From an uncultured Gammaproteobacteria bacterium (GTDB taxonomy: Bacteria; Patescibacteriota; Patescibacteriia; Magasanikbacterales; GWA2-37-8), in contig CAYHBZ010000001.1 of assembly GCA_964355175.1 (NCBI GenBank), forward strand, positions 439,400 through 503,399: a stretch of 64,000 nt of DNA, given 5' to 3'. The position numbers and the translations under genes are program-made. Positions 57,722 through 64,000 of the stretch are shown piece after piece (within the stretch, counting starts at the first letter, position 1; the number at the start of each line of letters is the position of its first letter). Under the pieces are notes generated by a model, which saw nothing but the letters and a program-made list of their open reading frames with translations, had not been told where the DNA came from and did not search any database.

Positions 57722-58618
57722 CTATGCAAACGGCTGAATTTTAGAAACTAAATCTTCATAAGTATCCGCAATTAGCACACCCACAGATTTCAAAGCCGCT
57801 TCTTTTTCCGCCGCACTCTGTCCTCTACCAACAATTGCACCAGCGTGGCCAATATTCATACCCTCGGGAAATAGATTGGCAAATTTCCCACCAATATATA
57901 CAGCGAGCGGCTTAGTAAATTCTTTTTTATTTATCAAATCCACTATTTCAAATTCATATCCTCCACCATGTTCACCAAAAATTACTACGGCTTTGGTCTG
58001 TTCATCTTTTTCAAATAATTTTAATAGATCGGTATAGGTAGTACCCATAAGTAGGTCACCTCCCACATGTACCGCACTACTCTGACCAAGTCCGGCGCGA
58101 CGAATTTGCCAAGACAGCTCATTGGTCATACCACCCGAACGAGAAATTACACCAATACTGCCGGGCTGAAACACTTGGTCAGCCAAAGCTTTTGGACCAC
58201 CCACCACACCCACACGCGCTTGTCCTGGGCTAATATACCCCAGAGAGCTCGGACCAATAATGCGAATATTTTTTTCTTTGGCAGCAGCCAAACAATAGGC
58301 AGTGTCCTGAATTGGAATACGCTCTACAATGGTATTAATTATCGCTATATCATTTTGAATTGCTTCGAGAATTGCTTCTTTGGCCGCAAACGGCGGGACA
58401 TAGATTGTGGTGGTAGAAATATCCGGAAATGCGACCTTAGCTTCGGCCACCGAATTAAAAACCGGTACACCTTCCACCACTTCTCCACCTTTGCCTGGGC
58501 GCACACCGGCTACCACTTGGGTACCATATTCGCGCATCGCCGTGGCCGCTTTCTGACCTTCTTTGCCAGTGATGCCCTGCACCAACACTTTGGTATTTTT
58601 ATCTATTAGGATACTCAT
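57722..58618 (-). CDS. ATP-citrate lyase/citryl-CoA synthetase alpha (CoA-binding, phospho-His) subunit
   Basis: VQGITGKEG, YVPP, SRSGGM..E, GHAGA. Confidence 0.88.
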   Translation of the reverse strand: MSILIDKNTKVLVQGITGKEGQKAATAMREYGTQVVAGVRPGKGGEVVEGVPVFNSVAEAKVAFPDISTTTIYVPPFAAKEAILEAIQNDIAIINTIVERIPIQDTAYCLAAAKEKNIRIIGPSSLGYISPGQARVGVVGGPKALADQVFQPGSIGVISRSGGMTNELSWQIRRAGLGQSSAVHVGGDLLMGTTYTDLLKLFEKDEQTKAVVIFGEHGGGYEFEIVDLINKKEFTKPLAVYIGGKFANLFPEGMNIGHAGAIVGRGQSAAEKEAALKSVGVLIADTYEDLVSKIQPFA

Positions 58619-58619
58619 A

Positions 58620-59762
58620 TTATTTTAAAATCATTTCTGCCAAAACTTTGGCAGTTTCACCCATGGCGATTTCTTTACCAAAAATTTTCATATTCAAATT
58701 ATTGCGCTCTGCACATTCTTGCATCAATCTTTTCCCTTCAGCTTCATTTGGTCCGGCGCGGCGGATTACTATTGGATAAGACGGCTTTACTTCATCGAGC
58801 GCGTCAATAATTCCCTGAAAAGTAGCGGCGATATCCGTAAAATTGGCTACCCCACCGGCAATCCACAAACCTTTTAAACCTGGCTTGGATAAAACAATTT
58901 TAGCAAGCTGGGCCACTTTTTCGCGCGGTGGATTACCAGAGTATTCGGTATAGTTTGCTGGTTTCAAACCAGCTTTAATTAACTCATCCATATTGGCGAT
59001 ACTAGCCCCACCACCCGAAAACAATACCGCCACATCACCTTCCATCTCAATATATTTTCCAGCCGTACCACGATAATAGTTTTCACCTTCATCAATTTTT
59101 TTTACCTGCAATTCTCTATCGGTAGGCAAACGACCAAGCATGGTGCGTGGTTCAAATTCCCAATCTTTGTGACGATAAAAAGCATCTTCATCGATCGCGA
59201 TCTTAGAATCAGCCGCCACCCAACGACCGTCGTCAGTTTTTACCAACGGATTTATTTCCACTACACGCGCGTCGGTCTGCAAAAAACACCGCCACAGCTC
59301 ATCGGCATAAGGCACCGACAAACCGGTTTTTTCTTGGCGGATATCCAAATAATGTTTATTGATTTCGTTGTGCTCTACTTCTTCGATATCCATACCACCA
59401 CTTTCACTATAGATCAAAAGCGGTTGTTTTCTGTTTGTATCATAAGTGATAGACAAATAATGTTCTTCGGCAATGTTCAATTTTTCTTCCATAAAAACCG
59501 CGGCCACATATTGGCCGTTTAGATTGGAAGAAAAAATCTTCTCTGCTGCCGCTTTTGCTTCGTCAGCTGTAGAAGCAAATAAAATACCATTATTTTTGCC
59601 GCGTTTACCGGATAACACTTGGGCTTTGAGCACGACATCTTTTAGGCCAAATTGTTCATAGGCACTCACAACACCATCTTCGCGACGCAGCAAAACCGAC
59701 TTCGGTGTTTCGACACCAAATTTTGTAAAAATATTTTTTCCTTCAAATTCGTAGAGATTCAT
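58620..59762 (-). CDS. ATP-citrate lyase beta subunit (ATP-grasp plus citrate-binding domain)
   Basis: EFEGK, KRGK, EINPL, GGGAS, NYTEYSGNP, GGVANFT, RRAGPN. Confidence 0.88.
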   Translation of the reverse strand: MNLYEFEGKNIFTKFGVETPKSVLLRREDGVVSAYEQFGLKDVVLKAQVLSGKRGKNNGILFASTADEAKAAAEKIFSSNLNGQYVAAVFMEEKLNIAEEHYLSITYDTNRKQPLLIYSESGGMDIEEVEHNEINKHYLDIRQEKTGLSVPYADELWRCFLQTDARVVEINPLVKTDDGRWVAADSKIAIDEDAFYRHKDWEFEPRTMLGRLPTDRELQVKKIDEGENYYRGTAGKYIEMEGDVAVLFSGGGASIANMDELIKAGLKPANYTEYSGNPPREKVAQLAKIVLSKPGLKGLWIAGGVANFTDIAATFQGIIDALDEVKPSYPIVIRRAGPNEAEGKRLMQECAERNNLNMKIFGKEIAMGETAKVLAEMILK

Positions 59763-59780
59763 ATCAAAAATTGATTCAAA

Positions 59781-60668
59781 TTATTTACTACTCCATCTAG
59801 CAAAAATACCACATGGCAACAAACGACCACTTTTACTTTCTTGCAAGGTTAATTCCCCTTTTTCTGTCTGACCGCCGTATTTTTTTAATAACATCTGCAA
59901 ATTATTTTCATAGGCGATTGCGGAGTATCCGGCAGCATAACCATTGATAAGAAAAAACAATGGAGTGTCAGATAAAATCTCACTGCACATATCCACCAGT
60001 CCCACAAAATCTTTTTCTACTTTCCACATTTCACCGTTTGGCCCATGTCCAAAAGCCGGTGGATCCATCAGAATACCATCGTATTTTTTACCGCGCTTTA
60101 CTTCGCGTTTTACAAATTCGACAGCGTCATCCAAAATCCAACGAATTGGTTTTTCTTTTAATCCAGACAATTCCGCATTGTCGCGTGCCCAACCAATTGC
60201 CACTTTGGATCCATCTACATGACACACCTGCGCTCCCGCTTGCGCGCAAGCCAGACTAGCACCACCAGTATATCCAAACAAATTCAAAACATGAATTTCT
60301 GGTTGTTTCGGCAAACGCTTTTTAATTACTTCGCGCATCCAATTCCAATTGCCTTCTTGCTCTGGAAAAAGCCCAGTGTGCTTGAAAGCCGTTGGACGAA
60401 TATTAAATTTCAATCCGCCAAAATTTATGGTCCATTTTTCTGGAGTACCAGGACGGATATCCCAATCCGCAGCGCGGCCATCACGAATAAACACAGCGTG
60501 GGCATTTCCCCAATCTTTATTAAGTGACAAATTTTTCTTCCAGAGCGCTTGAGGATCTGGGCGACGAAAAACCACTTTTCCATAGCGTTCCAATTTTTCC
60601 CCATCACCGCTATCGAGCAATTCGTAGTCGGCGCTAGGCAAAGTAGATAATATTGATAAAGTTTGCAT
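59781..60668 (-). CDS. SAM-dependent methyltransferase (RlmI/RlmK-like); start uncertain
   Basis: YELLDSG..EKLERYG, HTGLFPEQ, LNLFGYTGG, DPPAFG. Confidence 0.9.
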   Translation of the reverse strand: MQTLSILSTLPSADYELLDSGDGEKLERYGKVVFRRPDPQALWKKNLSLNKDWGNAHAVFIRDGRAADWDIRPGTPEKWTINFGGLKFNIRPTAFKHTGLFPEQEGNWNWMREVIKKRLPKQPEIHVLNLFGYTGGASLACAQAGAQVCHVDGSKVAIGWARDNAELSGLKEKPIRWILDDAVEFVKREVKRGKKYDGILMDPPAFGHGPNGEMWKVEKDFVGLVDMCSEILSDTPLFFLINGYAAGYSAIAYENNLQMLLKKYGGQTEKGELTLQESKSGRLLPCGIFARWSSK

Positions 60669-60682
60669 GGACATAGAGTAGA

Positions 60683-60712
60683 TTGACATTTTTAAATGAT
60701 TTATGATAGTAT
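60683..60712 (+). promoter_or_regulatory. Promoter upstream of the SAM riboswitch
   Basis: TTGACA-18-TAGTAT with extended TG. Confidence 0.55.
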
Positions 60713-60726
60713 AATATTAGTTGGAA

Positions 60727-60825
60727 AATTTATCTAGAGCGGTGCGAGGGATTCGGCCCGATGACCACCCAGCAACCCCCTAAACCGGGGTGCTAATTCC
60801 GACCCTATTTAGGGAAAGATTTGTC
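60727..60825 (+). ncRNA. SAM-I (S-box) riboswitch aptamer
   Basis: ATCTAGAG..GAGGGA..GGCCCGATGA..CAGCAACC..GGTGCTAATTCC..GAAAGAT matches the SAM-I consensus. Confidence 0.9.
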
Positions 60826-60854
60826 CGTTTTAAACGGAAACAGTTTGCTTGTAG

Positions 60855-60891
60855 TCTGTTATCTTTCTTTATTTAGATAACGGATTTTTTT
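60855..60891 (+). terminator. Expression-platform terminator of the SAM-I riboswitch
   Basis: TCTGTTATCT TTCTTATTT AGATAACGGA followed by T-tract. Confidence 0.7.
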
Positions 60892-60990
60892 GTTCTTTTC
60901 ATTGTGTTGAGTTATAGGACACACCTTTGCTTTCTTAAAAAATCAGAGGAGTGTTCTGTAGCTTCAACCGCTTATCCCGTGAGGTGCCCC

Positions 60991-61266
60991 ATGTCCCAGC
61001 CCATCTCCTTCTCCGACAGCCAAGTCACCGAGCTGGCCCGGCTGATCGTTCGCTTCATCAGCCAGAGCGAGCTCTCCACCTTCCAACGCGTGGTCAGCCG
61101 CGTCGAGTACGAGGCTCCCTGGTTTGTCTGGGTCGCTCTGGCCAATGACGGTACCGAACTGGGCCGCTCAGACGAGTTCCGCTTCGTGGCTGCCAACGTC
61201 CGGCCGGTCGTGACCGCCCAGACCGCCCGCGACATCATGAAAGGAATCGCTGATCACACGTCGTGA
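60991..61266 (+). CDS. GC-rich small hypothetical protein (91 aa) downstream of SAM-I
   Basis: GAGGTG SD before ATG 60991; strong GC3 bias in this frame; followed by GC hairpin and terminator. Confidence 0.65.
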   Translation: MSQPISFSDSQVTELARLIVRFISQSELSTFQRVVSRVEYEAPWFVWVALANDGTELGRSDEFRFVAANVRPVVTAQTARDIMKGIADHTS

Positions 61267-61366
61267 TCGCAAGTGGCCTCCGGGAACCGGCCGGCGTCGC
61301 ATTCATTGCGCGCCGGCCGGACACTCCCACCTATCGCCCCCTCGCATAATTGAGGGTTTTTTATTT

Positions 61367-61696
61367 TTAAAGATCCATTCTAAATTCCAATCCATAATCT
61401 TCAAACCCTAATTTTTTATACCACACATGCACATTTTCTCTGCTTTTCCGACTAGTACCAATTAATTTATAACACCCTCTTTTTTTTGCTTCTTCTATAG
61501 CGGATTTTAAAAGATCATTTCCAAATCCTTGTCCGCGTGCCGTTTCATTCACAAATACATCTTCGAGCAATCCGTACGGCTCTTGATGCAGGTCGTTATA
61601 TACCAAATACAGCCAAGCTCGTCCAAGCTCCACACCGTTTTCCTCTACTGATATTTTTATTCCCAAAGTTTGTTTTTCAGTTTTTTTAATATTCAT
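61367..61696 (-). CDS. GNAT family N-acetyltransferase
   Basis: LEDVFV...RGQGFG, GCYKL, WYKKLGF. Confidence 0.9.
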   Translation of the reverse strand: MNIKKTEKQTLGIKISVEENGVELGRAWLYLVYNDLHQEPYGLLEDVFVNETARGQGFGNDLLKSAIEEAKKRGCYKLIGTSRKSRENVHVWYKKLGFEDYGLEFRMDL

Positions 61697-61708
61697 ATTA
61701 TCGTGATA

Positions 61709-61735
61709 AGATCCCTCGCTACGCTCGGGATGACA
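61709..61735. repeat. Single REP-like palindromic unit (GTCAT/CGTC-type)
   Basis: AGATCCCTCGCTACGCTCGGGATGACA resembles widespread TGTCATCCCGAGCGTAGCGAGGGATCT repeats. Confidence 0.5.
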
Positions 61736-61742
61736 ATCTCTA

Positions 61743-62696
61743 TTACTTTAAAACTTCTTTTAATTTCTTTCCTAATTTTATTGAGCACAATCCTCCACCA
61801 TCACGCTCATAATCAAAACTTATTACCTTATAATCTTTCAATTCTTTGGTATTGTCTAGTAACAAACCCCATTTTTTTTCTTTATATCTTTTATTTTCTG
61901 CCGCAGTTAACTTATGATTATTATACAACACTGTATCAATCTTGCGTGGCAAATACCGCTGAAGCTCCCTCACCGCGCCGGCCACATCTTCCGGACCAGT
62001 TTCACTATCGGTGCGATAAGCATTACCCGTAACAAAAATTATTTTAGCTTTGTTATTTTTTATAGCAACTTGTATGCCTACTGGCAATAAAGTTGCCACC
62101 ACGCTGGTATAGAGACTGCCGGGACTAAGAATAATATAATCCGCTGATTTGATAACTTTCAAGGATTCACTATAGGCCGAAACTTCCGGCTCTAAAAATA
62201 CTTTTTTTATTCTCAAACTACGATCGTACTCAGGACTATCAATTTTTGCTTCACTAAAAACTTTTTGTCCATTGCTCAGCTCTGCTACTAAATCACTACT
62301 ATGTAGGGTAGCTGGAAATACCTTACCTTGCACTTCCACACTCTGTCCAAGGGCTCGCACCGCCGACATCAATTCTCCGCTATATCGCGTAGCCAGGGTA
62401 AAAAATATATTACCTAGATTATGTTTATCTAGCTTATCCTTACTTTCAAAACGATTGGAATAAAAAATTTTCTTCAGCAATGGATAATCATATTTGGATA
62501 AGGCTAAAACCGCGCGCATAATATCTCCGGGTGGTAAGACTCCCAATTCTTTTCGTAGTCGGCCGGAAGATCCACCGGAATCGCTCATCGCCACAATACC
62601 GACAATATCAAATTTATCGACATTTTGTTTCAATGCCACCAGTGATACCGCACTACCATTTCCCCCTCCCAAAACTACAACTTTCTTTTTATTCAT
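61743..62696 (-). CDS. YvcK/GlmR (CofD-like) family protein
   Basis: LGGGNG, DSGGSSGRLR, PPGD, HNLGN, PGSLYTS. Confidence 0.9.
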   Translation of the reverse strand: MNKKKVVVLGGGNGSAVSLVALKQNVDKFDIVGIVAMSDSGGSSGRLRKELGVLPPGDIMRAVLALSKYDYPLLKKIFYSNRFESKDKLDKHNLGNIFFTLATRYSGELMSAVRALGQSVEVQGKVFPATLHSSDLVAELSNGQKVFSEAKIDSPEYDRSLRIKKVFLEPEVSAYSESLKVIKSADYIILSPGSLYTSVVATLLPVGIQVAIKNNKAKIIFVTGNAYRTDSETGPEDVAGAVRELQRYLPRKIDTVLYNNHKLTAAENKRYKEKKWGLLLDNTKELKDYKVISFDYERDGGGLCSIKLGKKLKEVLK

Positions 62697-62697
62697 A

Positions 62698-63354
62698 TTA
62701 AAATAAAAATTTATTTATTCTCTCATCCCCGAAAGAATCAATTTGTAGATCAGCCAATGAATAATCGCCGCGTGTCCACTGTTGGTTCACCAAAGCAATA
62801 CAGCTCATACCGGCTTTCTTGGCCGACACCACACCATTTTGAGCATCTTCAAATACCAAACAATCTTCCGGACTAACACCGAGCGTTTTGGCGGCATGCA
62901 AATAAATAAATGGATCGGGCTTACCAATATGACCCACATCGTCGCTGGATATTAATTGTTTAAAATAGTTTCTCCAATTAAATTTATCCACCACTTCATT
63001 TATTAATTCATGGCGTGCACCCGACGCAATTGCCTGTGGATAGATCACACTAATTTTGGATAATAAATTTTCTACCAGCGGCAGTGGTTTGATACTGTCC
63101 TTATAAATTTTATCCGTAAAACTTCGTCTTTCTATTATCAACTCTTCCACTGTTCCCGGCAAATTAAATTTTTCTTTTAACCAAGAAACATTTTGAATTT
63201 CACTCCTGCCCGTAAATAATATGGTCATTTCTGGAGTGGTCGCCATATTATATTTTTTTAAAAATCCTTCTTCAGCAGCGCCCCAATATTGCTCACTGTC
63301 AATGAGCACTCCATCCATATCAAAAATTACCGCTTTGAATCTTTTCATAATCAT
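62698..63354 (-). CDS. HAD-superfamily phosphatase
   Basis: FDMDGVLIDSE, KPDP, FEDA..G. Confidence 0.92.
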   Translation of the reverse strand: MIMKRFKAVIFDMDGVLIDSEQYWGAAEEGFLKKYNMATTPEMTILFTGRSEIQNVSWLKEKFNLPGTVEELIIERRSFTDKIYKDSIKPLPLVENLLSKISVIYPQAIASGARHELINEVVDKFNWRNYFKQLISSDDVGHIGKPDPFIYLHAAKTLGVSPEDCLVFEDAQNGVVSAKKAGMSCIALVNQQWTRGDYSLADLQIDSFGDERINKFLF

Positions 63355-64000
63355 TCTACTGTTACACTCTTGGCCAAATTTCTTGGTCTATCCACATCTT
63401 TGCCGAGCAACACTGCGGTGTGGTACGAAAAAAGTTGCAGAGCCAAAGTATTCACGAGCGGCTCGAGTAGCTCCATAGTTTGTGGTACATATATCACATC
63501 GTCAGCTATTTCCTTGGCTTCCACATCACCCTCAGTGGCAATCAAAATTACCGGTGCTTTGCGAGCCTTGGCTTCTTGGATATTGCTAATCATTTTTTCG
63601 TATAGTTGATTTTTGGTAGCAATCGCGATGATTGGAAAATTGTCCGCCAAAAGCGCGATTGGACCATGCTTCATCTCACCGCCCGGATAACCTTCGGCAT
63701 GAATATAGGAAATCTCTTTGAGCTTGAGAGCGCCTTCCAAAGCCACCGGATAATTTATACCGCGTCCCAAAAAGATACAATCCGTATAATCTTTATATTT
63801 TTGTGCGATCGCTTTTATCTTATTACTTTGGGCCAAAACCAATTTCATCTTTTCCGGAATCTCCAAAAGTGCGTGTAATAATCTTTCACCAGTGGCCACA
63901 CTCACACGATTCAGGCGACCAAACTGCAAAGCATATAAAATTAAAACCGCCACCATATTCGTATAAGCTTTGGTAGAGGCGACCGCCAACTCTGGTCCAG
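63351..64000 (-). CDS. glmS: Glutamine--fructose-6-phosphate transaminase (C-terminal part)
   Basis: VASTKAY, EGALKLKEISYIHAEG, KHGPIAL, DRPRNLAKSVTVE. Confidence 0.97.
   Translation of the reverse strand, partial: GPELAVASTKAYTNMVAVLILYALQFGRLNRVSVATGERLLHALLEIPEKMKLVLAQSNKIKAIAQKYKDYTDCIFLGRGINYPVALEGALKLKEISYIHAEGYPGGEMKHGPIALLADNFPIIAIATKNQLYEKMISNIQEAKARKAPVILIATEGDVEAKEIADDVIYVPQTMELLEPLVNTLALQLFSYHTAVLLGKDVDRPRNLAKSVTVE

Noticed and set aside
57722-59762. Succinyl-CoA synthetase (sucCD) call
   Set aside because: Beta subunit has ACL-specific motifs and is linked to a citryl-CoA lyase

Overview
AT-rich chromosomal segment of a Patescibacteria (CPR) bacterium, probably a Parcubacteria/ABY1-type lineage. 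This is inferred from gene content, Shine-Dalgarno (SD)-less native genes and tRNA-Arg(GCG); standard code 11. Core content: start of the S10 ribosomal cluster (rpsC partial, rplV, rpsS, rplB, rplW, rplD, rplC, rpsJ, tuf), tRNA-Arg(GCG), tRNA-Val(CAC), LCP-der-pth-dprA, topA, a stand-alone rplA, a dTTP cluster (dCMP deaminase, kinase, dut, thyA, folA, tmk), gatB, an unusual pyrB-pyrI-pyrC-OTC-pyrE-pyrF operon, ruvA, ileS with a T-box, rpiB-rpe-trxB, a three-part ATP-citrate lyase, a SAM-I riboswitch and partial glmS. No CRISPR array, rRNA or transposase was seen. Best candidates for undescribed systems: (1) a GC-rich, translationally coupled operon (Zn-ribbon protein, RibA-like cyclohydrolase with altered catalytic residues, second PyrF, divergent guanylate-kinase-like protein) next to a second Zn-ribbon homolog and a GC-rich cytidine deaminase; (2) a catalytically degenerate pyruvate-kinase barrel followed by two paralogous ATP-grasp-like/phosphohistidine-swivel proteins; (3) a pyrimidine operon that has a transcarbamylase instead of carAB, lacks pyrD and is preceded by a candidate leader-peptide attenuator; (4) a class of GC-rich, SD-led genes placed behind AT-rich native promoters, one of them downstream of the SAM-I riboswitch. 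All calls were made by eye, with no database searches.
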